DNA of 64,000 nucleotides from NCBI RefSeq assembly GCF_054482525.1, contig NZ_CM137006.1; one strand, 5' to 3'. Shown piece by piece: positions 45,603 to 57,276 of this stretch (position 1 is its first letter; each line of letters starts with the position of its first letter). The notes under the pieces were generated by a model. It saw only the letters and a program-made list of their open reading frames with translations, ran no database searches and was not told where the DNA came from. The position numbers and the translations under genes were made by a program.

Positions 45603-47018
45603 TTATTCGTCGTCGTACTGCGGCCCCGCATAGTTGTCGAAGCGCGACCATTGACCGTTAAAGGTCAGGCGTACCGTCCCGATTGGGCCGTTACGTTGTT
45701 TACCGATAATAATTTCCGCGATGCCTTTTAAATCACTGTTTTCGTGATACACCTCATCACGATAGATAAACATGATCAAGTCCGCATCCTGCTCGATAGA
45801 GCCAGATTCACGCAGGTCGGAGTTGACCGGGCGTTTGTCGGCACGTTGTTCCAGAGAACGGTTCAACTGGGACAGCGCCACCACCGGCACGTTCAGTTCT
45901 TTCGCCAGTGCTTTCAGCGAGCGGGAGATTTCTGCAATTTCCAGCGTACGGTTATCGGAAAGCGCCGGTACGCGCATCAGTTGCAGGTAGTCGATCATGA
46001 TAAGCCCGATGCCGCCGTGTTCACGGGCAATACGGCGCGCGCGGGAACGCACTTCCGTTGGCGTCAGGCCGGAGGAATCATCGATATAGATATTACGTTT
46101 TTCGAGCAAAATACCCATGGTGCCGGAAATACGTGCCCAGTCTTCATCATCGAGCTGCCCGGTACGGATTTTAGTCTGGTCAACGCGCGACAGCGACGCC
46201 AGAGAACGCATCATAATCTGTTCTGATGGCATCTCCAGCGAGAAGATAAGTACCGGTTTATCCTGCAACATCGCCGCGTTTTCGACGAGGTTCATCGCAA
46301 ATGTTGTTTTACCCATCGACGGACGCGCGGCGACGATGATCAAATCCGACGGCTGCAAGCCAGCGGTTTTTTTGTTGAGATCGTCATAACCGGTGTTTAC
46401 CCCGGTAACGCCATCGTGTGGCTGCTGAAACAACTGCTCAATACGCGCCACCGTGGCGTCGAGCACATCGGCGATGTTCTTCGGGCCTTCGTCTTTGTTT
46501 GCACGACTTTCGGCAATTTTAAAGACGCGGGATTCAGCAAGGTCCAGCAGATCTTCGCTGGTACGCCCCTGCGGATCAAAACCGGCTTCGGCAATCTCAT
46601 TCGCAACCGAAATCATCTCGCGAACAACGGCACGTTCACGCACGATGTCAGCATAAGCACTGATGTTCGCCGCACTTGGCGTATTTTTTGACAGTTCTGC
46701 CAGATAAGCGAAACCACCGACGCTATCGAGTTGCCCCTGGCGTTCCAGCGATTCCGCAAGGGTAATCAGATCGATAGGACTACCGCTTTCCTGCAAACGC
46801 GCCATTTCAGTAAAGATATGACGGTGTGGGCGGGTGTAAAAATCGTCTGCCACCACACGCTCGGCTACATCGTCCCAGCGTTCGTTATCCAGCATTAAAC
46901 CGCCCAACACCGACTGCTCCGCTTCGATCGAGTGCGGAGGCACTTTCAGCCCGGCAACTTGTGGATCGCGTTCGCGGGGTTCAGCCTGCTGTTTGTTGAA
47001 GGGTTTATTTCCTGCCAT
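45603..47018 (-). CDS. dnaB: DnaB, replicative DNA helicase
   Basis: 471-aa ORF MAGNKPFNKQQAEPRERDPQVAGLKVPPHSIEAEQSVLGGLMLDNERWD; Walker A GKT. Confidence 0.97.
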   Translation of the reverse strand: MAGNKPFNKQQAEPRERDPQVAGLKVPPHSIEAEQSVLGGLMLDNERWDDVAERVVADDFYTRPHRHIFTEMARLQESGSPIDLITLAESLERQGQLDSVGGFAYLAELSKNTPSAANISAYADIVRERAVVREMISVANEIAEAGFDPQGRTSEDLLDLAESRVFKIAESRANKDEGPKNIADVLDATVARIEQLFQQPHDGVTGVNTGYDDLNKKTAGLQPSDLIIVAARPSMGKTTFAMNLVENAAMLQDKPVLIFSLEMPSEQIMMRSLASLSRVDQTKIRTGQLDDEDWARISGTMGILLEKRNIYIDDSSGLTPTEVRSRARRIAREHGGIGLIMIDYLQLMRVPALSDNRTLEIAEISRSLKALAKELNVPVVALSQLNRSLEQRADKRPVNSDLRESGSIEQDADLIMFIYRDEVYHENSDLKGIAEIIIGKQRNGPIGTVRLTFNGQWSRFDNYAGPQYDDE

Positions 47019-47100
47019 AGTGAATGGAGTTACCGAGATAAAGAATGGGTCGAAACTTTACCATATGAAGCAGACCCTGACGATACGTTCTGGAGGACAC

Positions 47101-48084
47101 ATGGCAACACGAATTGAATTTCACAAGCACGGTGGCCCGGAAGTACTTCAAGCCGTAGAGTTCACTCCTGCCGATCCGGCGGAGAATGAAATCCAGGTCG
47201 AAAATAAAGCCATCGGCATCAATTTTATCGACACGTATATCCGCAGCGGCCTTTACCCGCCGCCATCACTACCCAGCGGATTAGGCACCGAAGCGGCAGG
47301 CATCGTGAGTAAAGTCGGCAGTGGTGTAAAGCATATTAAGGCAGGCGATCGTGTAGTCTATGCGCAGTCGGCGTTAGGCGCTTACAGCTCTGTGCATAAC
47401 GTTAATGCGGATAAAGCGGCGATTCTGCCTGCGGCAATTTCTTTTGAGCAAGCTGCGGCATCCTTCCTGAAAGGCTTAACGGTTTATTATCTGCTGCGCA
47501 AAACCTATGAAATTAAACCCGATGATCAGTTCCTGTTCCACGCAGCGGCTGGCGGCGTTGGCTTAATTGCCTGCCAGTGGGCAAAAGCCCTTGGGGCGAA
47601 ACTTATCGGCACCGTGGGAACCGCGCAAAAAGCGCAGAGTGCGCTAAAAGCGGGCGCATGGCAGGTTATTAACTATCGCGAAGAGAATCTGGTCGAGCGG
47701 TTAAAAGAGATCACCGGTGGTAAGAAAGTGCGCGTGGTGTACGATTCCGTGGGCAGAGACACCTGGGAACGGTCGCTGGATTGCCTGCAACGCCGCGGCT
47801 TAATGGTCAGTTTTGGCAACTCATCAGGTGCGGTTACCGGTGTGAACTTAGGCATTCTCAATCAGAAAGGCTCGTTGTATGTGACACGCCCTTCCCTGCA
47901 AGGCTATATCACCACGCGGGAGGAATTAACCGAGGCCAGTAATGAGCTGTTCTCTTTGATTGCCAGCGGTGTGATTAAGGTCGATGTCACCGAGCAGCAG
48001 AAATATCCGCTTAAGGATGCACAGCGTGCGCATGCGATTCTGGAAAGCCGGGCGACGCAAGGTTCCAGCCTGTTGATTCCATAA
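47101..48084 (+). CDS. qorA: QorA, NADPH:quinone oxidoreductase (zeta-crystallin-like MDR)
   Basis: 327-aa product MATRIEFHKHGGPEVLQ...; Rossmann AAGGVG. Confidence 0.88.
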   Translation: MATRIEFHKHGGPEVLQAVEFTPADPAENEIQVENKAIGINFIDTYIRSGLYPPPSLPSGLGTEAAGIVSKVGSGVKHIKAGDRVVYAQSALGAYSSVHNVNADKAAILPAAISFEQAAASFLKGLTVYYLLRKTYEIKPDDQFLFHAAAGGVGLIACQWAKALGAKLIGTVGTAQKAQSALKAGAWQVINYREENLVERLKEITGGKKVRVVYDSVGRDTWERSLDCLQRRGLMVSFGNSSGAVTGVNLGILNQKGSLYVTRPSLQGYITTREELTEASNELFSLIASGVIKVDVTEQQKYPLKDAQRAHAILESRATQGSSLLIP

Positions 48085-48092
48085 AAGAAATA

Positions 48093-48125
48093 GGGCTTCC
48101 ACCTGGGAAGCCCTTTCTTTTTATA
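48093..48125 (+). terminator. Rho-independent terminator after qorA
   Basis: GGGCTTCC-ACCT-GGGAAGCCC followed by TTTCTTTTT. Confidence 0.8.
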
Positions 48126-48249
48126 GTTCGGCTGTATGTAGGGTACAGCACGATGAATCTGTTAGAGGCGCAATAGTGACAGATTTGATTATCAATTCCT
48201 ATTTTGTTCTAAGGATAAAACCTTAGGTTGTGATCATCCGCACAATCCC

Positions 48250-48492
48250 TTAGTAACGCCAGCGGTCATAACGCTGATATTTAGGCACTTTTGGTGCTTT
48301 AATCGCCTTAATAACCCACACCACCGCAATCGCCAGTAGTAACCACGGCAGCAACTTAATCATCAATGCCAGCATACCGCCGAGGAACATAATGGCCGTC
48401 GCCACAACCAGCGCAGCGATAATACCCAGCAACGAAACGCCGGTGACCATCAGCATGACAAAAAAGCCAATCACAAAAAGTAGTTCCAGCAT
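48250..48492 (-). CDS. pspG: PspG, phage-shock protein G (small membrane protein)
   Basis: 80-aa product MLELLFVIGFFVMLMVTGVSLLGIIAALVV... within a longer ORF. Confidence 0.75.
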   Translation of the reverse strand: MLELLFVIGFFVMLMVTGVSLLGIIAALVVATAIMFLGGMLALMIKLLPWLLLAIAVVWVIKAIKAPKVPKYQRYDRWRY

Positions 48493-48527
48493 GATGCTCT
48501 CCCAAATATGAAATCTCTTGCTGGCAT

Positions 48528-48543
48528 TACAAGAATCATGCCA
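48528..48543 (-). promoter_or_regulatory. Putative sigma-54 promoter of pspG
   Basis: Minus-strand TGGCATGATTCTTGTA (TGGCA-N-TTG-type -24/-12) about 36-51 bp upstream of pspG start; pspG is a known PspF/sigma-54 target. Confidence 0.4.
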
Positions 48544-48625
48544 AAAATAATCTATTGATTTAACAGCAAAACGCCCCGCGACGGTGCGCAGGGCGTGGTG
48601 AATTTGACTACTTTTTGGTGAAAAG

Positions 48626-49669
48626 TTAACGCTTATCCGCCACCAGTTTGAGCGCGTGTTCCAGCACATTAATGTCTGCACCCGCTTTATGGGCATTTTC
48701 ACTTAAATAACGCCGCCACTGCCGCGCGCCAGGAATACCCTGGAACAAGCCCAACATATGCCGGGTAATATGGCCAAGATACGTCCCCTGGCTGAGTTCA
48801 CGCTCAATGTACGGATACATGGCGCGCACTACCGCCACCGGATCGGCATCGGTATCCGAGGAACCAAAGATCTCTCGGTCTACCGCCGCCAGAATACCCG
48901 GATTCTGATACGCTTCGCGCCCGACCATCACGCCATCCATATGTTGCAAATGCGCTTTAGCCTCTTCCAGCGACTTGATACCACCGTTAATCGACATTGT
49001 CAGATGCGGAAAGTCACGCTTCAGTTGATACACACGCGGATAATCGAGCGGCGGGATTTCACGGTTTTCTTTCGGGCTTAACCCCGAAAGCCAGGCTTTA
49101 CGTGCGTGGATGATGAACATCTCACACTCGCCTTTGCCGGAAACGGTGTTGATGAAATCGCAGAGAAATTCATAGCTGTCCTGGTCGTCGATGCCAATAC
49201 GCGTTTTCACCGTCACCGGAATCGACACCACATCGCGCATCGCTTTCACGCAGTCGGCAACCAGCTGCGCATTACCCATCAGACACGCCCCAAACATGCC
49301 GTTCTGCACCCGGTCAGACGGGCAGCCGACATTCAGGTTGATCTCATCATATCCGCGCGCTTCTGCCAGCTTCGCACACTGCGCCAGCGCCGCCGGATCG
49401 CTACCGCCGAGTTGCAACGCTACCGGATGTTCTTCTTCACTATACGCCAGATAATCACCTTTACCGTGAATAATCGCCCCTGTGGTCACCATTTCGGTAT
49501 ACAACAACGTATTGCGGGAAAGCAGACGCAAGAAATAGCGGCAATGTCTGTCCGTCCAGTCGAGCATTGGTGCAACGCTAAACCGACCACTCCAGTGAAC
49601 GTCAGTTTTTTCAGGCATTGCGCTGGTTTGGTTGATTTTTTGCATTTCAGAATTACCGTGCATTTTCAA
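48626..49669 (-). CDS. dusA: DusA, tRNA-dihydrouridine(20/20a) synthase (exact start uncertain)
   Basis: TIM-barrel Dus family ORF with [22 protein letters not shown]; synteny. Confidence 0.88.
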   Translation of the reverse strand: MKMHGNSEMQKINQTSAMPEKTDVHWSGRFSVAPMLDWTDRHCRYFLRLLSRNTLLYTEMVTTGAIIHGKGDYLAYSEEEHPVALQLGGSDPAALAQCAKLAEARGYDEINLNVGCPSDRVQNGMFGACLMGNAQLVADCVKAMRDVVSIPVTVKTRIGIDDQDSYEFLCDFINTVSGKGECEMFIIHARKAWLSGLSPKENREIPPLDYPRVYQLKRDFPHLTMSINGGIKSLEEAKAHLQHMDGVMVGREAYQNPGILAAVDREIFGSSDTDADPVAVVRAMYPYIERELSQGTYLGHITRHMLGLFQGIPGARQWRRYLSENAHKAGADINVLEHALKLVADKR

Positions 49670-49955
49670 ATGTAGAGATTATTTTATCGATATATCATGG
49701 GGTTATGTTATTCAGCATCACTGTTCAGGAGGCTCAATAGCGGGGTACTATACCATAACAACAGGAAGCGCCTGTCTCATTGCAAAAGAAAATTGAGATC
49801 CTCTCAAGGCATGAAGCTCTCACGAAGTGAAGATATAATCTTATTAGATGTTAGCGTTGTGAAAAGCAATGATAAACAATTCAGTTTCGACGATAAATAA
49901 AAAATCACACATAAACCATGCTGATATATCTCGCGGCGAATAGTATTGATAGATA

Positions 49956-49990
49956 AAAAAGAACCCAATCATTGTTGAGTTCTTTTGTAT
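49956..49990 (-). terminator. Rho-independent terminator downstream of the yjbL/M-locus ORF
   Basis: On minus strand, hairpin AAGAACTCAACAATGATTGGGTTCTT followed by TTTTATC. Confidence 0.6.
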
Positions 49991-50023
49991 AATGCCTTCC
50001 ATACCATCGAAGAACTTCACATA

Positions 50024-50980
50024 TTATTTCTCCGATTTAACCCCGAATAAATCATAAATTAATTTAGAAGTGTCTGTAAGTATTTTAATCTCTTCCTTTG
50101 AGGTTGGGTCAAACGACTTAGCGAAGCTAATTAATTGCGGTGCAGCATCTCGCATTTTGCTTAAAATATCAGGTTCGAGCTTTCCTTCATTCACCAGAAG
50201 TGACATCTTCTCCAGATAGTCATCAAAATTCATTTCTCCCCCATCTGCCAGACGCTTCATCTCTCCCAGATACTTCTTCATATCACGTTGAGATAATTCT
50301 TCAAACTGAGCTGTCAGGTAGTTATTATTATATTCATTAATATTCACTCTTCCTGCTAAATCTGCGTAGGCACTAGAATATGAACGTGAAATTAACAGCG
50401 AAGCGAATAATTTTAAGCTGTTGTCATCATATTCCTGACATGCATTAACAAACGTTAAGAAACCAGAACCTATTGCTTGCAAATGTATATTCGCTAAAGG
50501 TTCATGATCTTTAGATTCCTCATAAAATAGCTGAACCGTGGAGGGAAGACCATTCTTAGTTTCTACGTCAAAAGTACATCGTTCTATGGGCGTCGCATCT
50601 TTATTATCCTCGGGATTACATATACTATTAATCGCGAAATGAAAAATAGCCCGGTCAACAACTGATGCAATAAACTCACGATCGTTTAATTCCTCATCAG
50701 TACAATCTCCAATATACTCATTGACACACATTTTGAGATCATTTATTTGTTTAATTAACGTCACATTTTTTTCACGTGCAGTCCATAAATTATGAGTGAT
50801 TCTTTGAATAAACAAATCTATTTTTGCAATAATTATATCCCGATGACGCATCGCTGAATAATCAATAGATTTACCATATATACTATTTACTTTACCTTTG
50901 ATTGCATCTTCATTATCGAATTGATTTGAATTGAGTGTTTTATTAAAGTATCCAGTTGCACCGGGTATTATCTTCAACAT
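50024..50980 (-). CDS. Uncharacterised AT-rich orphan protein at the yjbL/yjbM position (318 aa, uninterrupted)
   Basis: Single ORF in AT-rich DNA between dusA and zur with SD AAGGTAG before ATG; no recognised domain. Confidence 0.5.
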   Translation of the reverse strand: MLKIIPGATGYFNKTLNSNQFDNEDAIKGKVNSIYGKSIDYSAMRHRDIIIAKIDLFIQRITHNLWTAREKNVTLIKQINDLKMCVNEYIGDCTDEELNDREFIASVVDRAIFHFAINSICNPEDNKDATPIERCTFDVETKNGLPSTVQLFYEESKDHEPLANIHLQAIGSGFLTFVNACQEYDDNSLKLFASLLISRSYSSAYADLAGRVNINEYNNNYLTAQFEELSQRDMKKYLGEMKRLADGGEMNFDDYLEKMSLLVNEGKLEPDILSKMRDAAPQLISFAKSFDPTSKEEIKILTDTSKLIYDLFGVKSEK

Positions 50981-51304
50981 GATTCATCTACCTTTTTTGT
51001 CGTACCGTGTCCTCCTTATAATTTTTTTGCCATTTGGTCACTATCAAAAATCGCTCATATTTTTCTGAACTGCGGGTATGCGATCAAACCCAGTTAAATA
51101 AATAGCGAGTTAACTTGAAGCAATTTATTTAAAAATGAATTATTAATTATTATCGTGTAGTTGTAGATAATGGTACTACCAGGCAATACAACACCTTACC
51201 GACAAATCAAAAAATCAACATTACGGCAACATTAAGGGTTCTCGGTGTTTTTCCTGGAACATGGTAAAGTAAGGACATTCTTAACCCCCACTTTGAGGTG
51301 CCCG

Positions 51305-51820
51305 ATGGAAAAGACCACAACGCAGGAGTTATTAGCGCAGGCCGAAAAAATCTGCGCGCAGCGTAATGTGCGCCTGACTCCACAGCGCCTGGAAGTGTTG
51401 CGCCTGATGAGTCTGCAGGATGGCGCTATCAGCGCTTATGATCTGCTTGATTTGCTGCGCGAAGCTGAACCGCAAGCCAAGCCGCCAACGGTTTATCGCG
51501 CGCTGGATTTTCTGCTTGAGCAAGGTTTTGTGCATAAGGTGGAATCCACCAACAGTTATGTGCTCTGTCATCTGTTCGACCAGCCCACTCATACTTCAGC
51601 CATGTTTATTTGCGATCGCTGCGGCGCAGTGAAAGAAGAGTATGCAGAAGGCGTGGAAGACATTATGCATACGCTGGCGGCAAAAATGGGGTTTGCCCTG
51701 CGGCATAATGTGATTGAAGCACATGGGCTCTGTGCGGCATGCGTGGAAGTGGAAGCGTGTCGTCATCCTGAACAGTGCCAGCATGATCACTCTGTGCAGG
51801 TGAAAAAGAAACCGCGTTAA
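51305..51820 (+). CDS. zur: Zur, zinc uptake regulator (Fur family)
   Basis: 171-aa product MEKTTTQELLAQAEKICAQRNVRLTPQRLEVLRLM with CxxC pairs. Confidence 0.92.
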   Translation: MEKTTTQELLAQAEKICAQRNVRLTPQRLEVLRLMSLQDGAISAYDLLDLLREAEPQAKPPTVYRALDFLLEQGFVHKVESTNSYVLCHLFDQPTHTSAMFICDRCGAVKEEYAEGVEDIMHTLAAKMGFALRHNVIEAHGLCAACVEVEACRHPEQCQHDHSVQVKKKPR

Positions 51821-51861
51821 GAGGGCGTACATCCTTGTACACGTCGGGCAGGAGGGATTAA

Positions 51862-52071
51862 TTACCAGCGATATTCATTGCGGGTTTCCCAATCCACGAC
51901 CTCTTTTTCTGCCTGATCTTTCTGATAACCATAACGTTCCTGGATTTTACCGACCAGTTGATCACGTTTACCTTCAATGATCGTCATATCATCATCGGTC
52001 AGTTTGCCCCATTGCTCTTTCACTTTACCTTTAAACTGTTTCCAGTTACCGCCGGCTTCATCTTTATTCAT
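51862..52071 (-). CDS. yjbJ: YjbJ, CsbD-family stress protein
   Basis: 69-aa product MNKDEAGGNWKQFKGKVKEQWGKLTDDD. Confidence 0.85.
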   Translation of the reverse strand: MNKDEAGGNWKQFKGKVKEQWGKLTDDDMTIIEGKRDQLVGKIQERYGYQKDQAEKEVVDWETRNEYRW

Positions 52072-52186
52072 AATCAAGACCTCATCGTTAGGTTGTGAAT
52101 GAGAGTACGTTCACTTTTCTTCTGAACGTGAGATTAAGTGTAGTCAGCAATTTGGCTTAGGATTATTTATTCAGAATTTTTAACCG

Positions 52187-53566
52187 TCACGTTGCGGCAA
52201 ACCAGGTACCATTGCGCCAGTGACGCCGCCAGATAGCCGCCAGAGAAAGCCCGCGCAACGCCAGAAAGACGGTTAACGCCAGCCACAAACCATGATTACC
52301 CAGCCACGGCAGCGTAAGGAGCGTCAGCGTAAAACCTGCGGCGGCCACCGCCATACTGTTACGCATTTCGGCTGCGCGCGTTGCGCCTATAAACATGCCG
52401 TCCAGCAGATAACACCAGACGCCAACCAACGGCAAAATCACCTGCCAGATAAGATAGCGGTCAGCCAGCTGCTGAATCTGGGTTAACGACGTCAGCAACG
52501 CAATGATGTGTTCCCCTGCCAGCAAATAAACCACCGAAAACAGTAACGCTACGATCCCCGACTGGCGGCACGCTGCCCGCCAGACATCCAGCAACTGGCT
52601 ACCGTCGCGCGCACCGTATGCCTGACCGGAATGTGCTTCAACCGCGTAGGCAAAACCATCCAGCGCATAGGCGGTAAAGGTGAGTAGCGTCATCAGAACC
52701 GCGTTAACAGCGATAATGTCACTCCCCAGTCGCGCGCCAAGTACGGTGATCGCGCCGAAACAGAGTTGCAACAACAGCGAGCGCAGCATGATATCGCGGT
52801 TAAGCGCCAGCAAGCGACGGAAGTTTCCTCGCCAGGCAGTTTTCAGCATTTCGCCGGAGATTCCGCGTAGTTTGAGGATTTTACGCACCATTAGGAGACC
52901 AATCAGCAATGTTGCATATTCCGCAATAACCGTCGCCAGCGCCGCGCCCTGCACGTTCATATGCAGCCCCATCACCAGCCAGACATCCAGCACAATGTTG
53001 AGAATATTGCCGACCACTAACAAAATTACTGGTGCACGGGCATATTGCACGCCGAGTAACCAACCAAGTAATACCAGATTCGCCAGCGACGCCGGTGCGC
53101 TTAACCAGCGGATTTCAAGAAAGCGCCGCGCCTGTTCCAGGACTGCTTCACTACCGCCAACAATATGCAGCGCCAGATCGATAATCGGTGTACGCAGCAG
53201 CGCAATTAACGCCCCAGCCCCCAACGCCAACAGCAACGGTTGCACCAGCGCACGGGCTAATGCCTGAGGATTTTTGGCACCATAAGCCTGCGCAGTCAGC
53301 CCGGTAGTGCTCATGCGCAAAAACAGCAACAGCATAAAGAGAAAGCTGGTCGCCGTTGCACCAACCGCCACGCCGCCCAAATAAACCGGGCTATCAAGAT
53401 GACCAATTACCGCCGTATCGACCAGTCCCAGCAACGGAACGGTGATATTGGAGAAAATCATGGGTAAGGCGAGATGCCAGAGTGCTTTATCAGATGAAGT
53501 GAGGAATGCCATGCAGACAAGCCTGATGAAGAGAGATGAAAAACAAACCGCGACGCCTGGCGGCAT
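52187..53566 (-). CDS. dinF: DinF, MATE-family efflux protein (SOS-induced, co-transcribed with lexA)
   Basis: 459-aa polytopic ORF immediately downstream of lexA. Confidence 0.85.
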   Translation of the reverse strand: MPPGVAVCFSSLFIRLVCMAFLTSSDKALWHLALPMIFSNITVPLLGLVDTAVIGHLDSPVYLGGVAVGATATSFLFMLLLFLRMSTTGLTAQAYGAKNPQALARALVQPLLLALGAGALIALLRTPIIDLALHIVGGSEAVLEQARRFLEIRWLSAPASLANLVLLGWLLGVQYARAPVILLVVGNILNIVLDVWLVMGLHMNVQGAALATVIAEYATLLIGLLMVRKILKLRGISGEMLKTAWRGNFRRLLALNRDIMLRSLLLQLCFGAITVLGARLGSDIIAVNAVLMTLLTFTAYALDGFAYAVEAHSGQAYGARDGSQLLDVWRAACRQSGIVALLFSVVYLLAGEHIIALLTSLTQIQQLADRYLIWQVILPLVGVWCYLLDGMFIGATRAAEMRNSMAVAAAGFTLTLLTLPWLGNHGLWLALTVFLALRGLSLAAIWRRHWRNGTWFAAT

Positions 53567-53584
53567 CGCGGTCTCAGAGATATG

Positions 53585-54193
53585 TTACAGCCAGTCGCCG
53601 TTGCGAATAACTCCAACCGCCAGCCCTTCAATGGTGAAGCTCTGCTGACGAAGGTCAACGACAATTGGTTTAAACTCGCTATTTTCTGGCAACAGTTCGA
53701 CTTTATTGCCCTGTTTTTTCAGGCGCTTAACGGTAACCTCGTCATCAATACGTGCGACAACGACCTGACCGTTACGTACATCCTGAGTTTTATGCACTGC
53801 CAGCAAGTCGCCATCCATAATGCCGATATCTTTCATCGACATCCCGCTGACGCGCAGCAGGAAATCAGCATTCGGCTTGAATAAGGAAGGATCGACCTGA
53901 TAATGACCTTCAATATGCTGTTGCGCCAGAAGCGGTTCACCGGCAGCCACACGACCTACCAGCGGCAACCCTTCTTCCTCTTCCTGCAACAGACGAATCC
54001 CGCGTGATGCGCCGGAAACAATTTCAATAACGCCTTTGCGTGCCAGCGCCTTCAGATGTTCTTCAGCCGCGTTTGGGGAACGGAACCCCAAACGCTGCGC
54101 GATTTCCGCACGCGTCGGCGGCATACCTGTCTGGCTGATGTGATCACGGATGAGATCAAACACCTCTTGTTGCCTGGCCGTTAACGCTTTCAT
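53585..54193 (-). CDS. lexA: LexA repressor
   Basis: 202-aa [57 protein letters not shown]; S24 peptidase domain. Confidence 0.97.
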   Translation of the reverse strand: MKALTARQQEVFDLIRDHISQTGMPPTRAEIAQRLGFRSPNAAEEHLKALARKGVIEIVSGASRGIRLLQEEEEGLPLVGRVAAGEPLLAQQHIEGHYQVDPSLFKPNADFLLRVSGMSMKDIGIMDGDLLAVHKTQDVRNGQVVVARIDDEVTVKRLKKQGNKVELLPENSEFKPIVVDLRQQSFTIEGLAVGVIRNGDWL

Positions 54194-54201
54194 TCCGCCC
54201 C

Positions 54202-54238
54202 CTGGGTGTATATACAGTTATGCTGTGAGTATATACAG
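54202..54238. promoter_or_regulatory. Two LexA (SOS) boxes in the lexA promoter
   Basis: CTGGGTGTATATACAG (54202-54217) and CTGTGAGTATATACAG (54223-54238) just upstream of lexA start on the minus strand. Confidence 0.88.
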
Positions 54239-54302
54239 CAAAAGGCGATTTTGGAACCATAAACTGCACAATAAACCAGAGATTTATCGAAATCTGGAAG
54301 GG

Positions 54303-54671
54303 TTATCCAAAATGCGACCATAACAGGATGCACCAGGTAATCACGGCGACGATAATCGCAATCAGCACCGCGGCGGATCCCATATCTTTAGCGCGTCCGG
54401 AAAGCTCATGGTATTCAGAGCCAATTCGGTCAACCACGGCTTCGATGGCGCTATTGAGAATTTCCACAATCATCACCAGCATCACGGAGCTGATAAGCAG
54501 CACGCGGGTAATCGCGTCCACATCCAGCCAGCAGGCGATGACCACCGCCAACAATACCGCTACGCCTTCCTGACGGAATGCCGCTTCGTTGATCCATGCA
54601 GCGCGTAAACCTTTCCAGGAATAGCCAGCAGCTTTGATAATTCGGGTGAGTCCAGTGGTATTATTGGCCAT
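54303..54671 (-). CDS. dgkA: DgkA, diacylglycerol kinase
   Basis: 122-aa ORF MANNTTGLTRIIKAAGYSWKGLRAAWINEAAFRQE. Confidence 0.92.
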   Translation of the reverse strand: MANNTTGLTRIIKAAGYSWKGLRAAWINEAAFRQEGVAVLLAVVIACWLDVDAITRVLLISSVMLVMIVEILNSAIEAVVDRIGSEYHELSGRAKDMGSAAVLIAIIVAVITWCILLWSHFG

Positions 54672-54841
54672 TGAAAGAACCTTTTTACATTATGAGCGTC
54701 AATATCAGTGTACCGTTAAATCCGATGATTCGGGTTTGCGTAACGCCGCGCGAAACATGAGCGGATACCACAGAATTTCCCATGACTTTCTGCTATCCTT
54801 GCCGCGCATTTGCATTATTAACCAGAGGCTTTACATCGTTT

Positions 54842-57265
54842 ATGTCCGGCTGGCCACGAATTTACTACAAATTACTGAATTTACCATTAAGCATCCTGGT
54901 AAAAAGCAAGTCTATTCCGGCAGATCCTGCCCCGGAACTGGGGCTGGATACCTCTCGTCCAATTATGTACGTTTTACCGTACAACTCGAAAGCAGATTTG
55001 CTGACGTTGCGCGCCCAGTGTCTGGCACATGACCTGCCTGACCCGTTAGAGCCGCTGGAAATCGACGGCACGCTACTGCCGCGCTATGTGTTCATTCACG
55101 GCGGGCCGCGTGTATTCACCTATTACACGCCGAAAGAAGAGTCTATTAAGCTGTTCCACGACTATCTTGATTTGCACCGCAGCAACCCAAATCTGGATGT
55201 GCAGATGGTGCCAGTATCGGTGATGTTTGGTCGCGCGCCGGGGCGTGAAAAAGGCGAAGTAAACCCGCCGCTGCGTATGCTTAACGGCGTACAGAAATTT
55301 TTCGCCGTACTGTGGCTCGGTCGCGACAGTTTTGTGCGTTTCTCGCCGTCAGTTTCTCTGCGCCGCATGGCCGATGAACACGGCACAGATAAAACTATCG
55401 CTCAGAAACTGGCGCGCGTGGCGCGTATGCACTTTGCCCGTCAACGTCTGGCTGCTGTGGGCCCACGTCTGCCTGCTCGTCAGGATCTGTTTAATAAGCT
55501 GCTCGCCTCCCGCGCCATTGCCAAAGCGGTAGAAGATGAAGCGCGCAGCAAAAAAATCTCCCATGAAAAAGCGCAGCAGAACGCGATTGCGCTGATGGAA
55601 GAGATTGCGGCGAATTTCTCTTACGAGATGATCCGCCTGACTGACCGCATTCTGGGCTTCACCTGGAACCGACTTTATCAGGGCATCAACGTCCATAACG
55701 CCGAGCGCGTTCGCCAGCTGGCCCACGACGGTCATGAGCTGGTATATGTGCCTTGCCACCGCAGTCACATGGACTACCTGCTGCTTTCTTACGTGCTGTA
55801 TCACCAGGGGCTGGTGCCGCCGCATATCGCCGCCGGGATCAACCTGAACTTCTGGCCTGCCGGGCCGATTTTCCGCCGTCTGGGGGCGTTCTTTATTCGC
55901 CGTACTTTTAAAGGAAATAAACTTTATTCCACCGTTTTCCGTGAGTATCTCGGCGAACTGTTCAGCCGTGGTTATTCCGTCGAGTACTTCGTGGAAGGCG
56001 GTCGTTCCCGCACGGGGCGTTTGCTGGATCCGAAAACCGGTACGCTGTCGATGACCATTCAGGCGATGCTGCGTGGCGGCACGCGTCCGATTACGCTGAT
56101 TCCGATCTACATCGGTTATGAGCACGTCATGGAAGTGGGTACTTACGCCAAAGAACTGCGCGGCGCGACGAAAGAGAAAGAGAGCCTGCCGCAGATGCTG
56201 CGCGGTTTAAGCAAGCTGCGTAATCTCGGTCAGGGTTACGTCAACTTCGGTGAACCAATGCCGTTGATGACCTACCTTAACCAGCACGTACCAGACTGGC
56301 GTGAATCTATCGATCCCATCGAAGCGGTGCGTCCGGCCTGGTTAACGCCGACGGTCAATAATATTGCTGCCGATCTGATGGTACGCATTAACAACGCAGG
56401 CGCGGCAAACGCCATGAACCTGTGCTGTACTGCGCTTCTGGCGTCACGTCAGCGCTCACTCACCCGCGAGCAGTTAACCGAGCAACTCAACTGCTACCTG
56501 GATCTGATGCGCAATGTGCCTTACTCCACGGACTCTACCGTTCCTTCAGCCAGCGCCAGCGAGCTTATCGATCACGCGCTGCAAATGAACAAGTTTGAAG
56601 TCGAGAAAGACACGATCGGCGACATCATCATTCTGCCGCGCGAGCAAGCAGTGCTGATGACCTACTATCGCAACAACATTGCGCATATGTTGGTGCTGCC
56701 TTCGCTGATGGCGGCAATTGTCACCCAGCATCGCCACATCTCCCGCGACGTATTGATGGAGCACGTCAATGTGCTTTACCCAATGCTGAAAGCGGAGCTG
56801 TTCCTGCGCTGGGATCGCGACGAGTTGCCGGACGTTATTGATGCGCTGGCAAATGAGATGCAACGTCAGGGGCTGATTACCCTGCAAGATGATGAGTTGC
56901 ATATCAACCCGGCGCATTCTCGCACGCTACAGCTGCTGGCCGCAGGCGCGCGCGAAACGCTGCAACGTTATGCCATCACTTTTTGGCTGTTGAGCGCCAA
57001 CCCGTCGATCAACCGCGGTACGCTGGAGAAAGAGAGCCGCACCGTCGCGCAACGTCTCTCCGTGCTGCACGGTATCAACGCGCCGGAGTTCTTCGACAAG
57101 GCGGTGTTCAGTTCTCTGGTGCTGACACTGCGTGATGAAGGGTATATCAGCGATAGCGGCGACGCCGAACCGGCAGAAACGATGAAGGTGTATCAGTTGT
57201 TGGCGGAGTTAATTACATCAGACGTGCGTTTGACGATTGAGAGTGCGACGCAGGGCGAAGGGTAA
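54842..57265 (+). CDS. plsB: PlsB, glycerol-3-phosphate acyltransferase
   Basis: 807-aa product [16 protein letters not shown]...; HxxxxD acyltransferase motif ([14 protein letters not shown]). Confidence 0.92.
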
Positions 57266-57276
57266 TCAGTGAGAAT

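Noticed and set aside
55349-56125. 258-aa minus-strand ORF antisense to plsB
   Set aside because: Embedded in plsB; no motif support.
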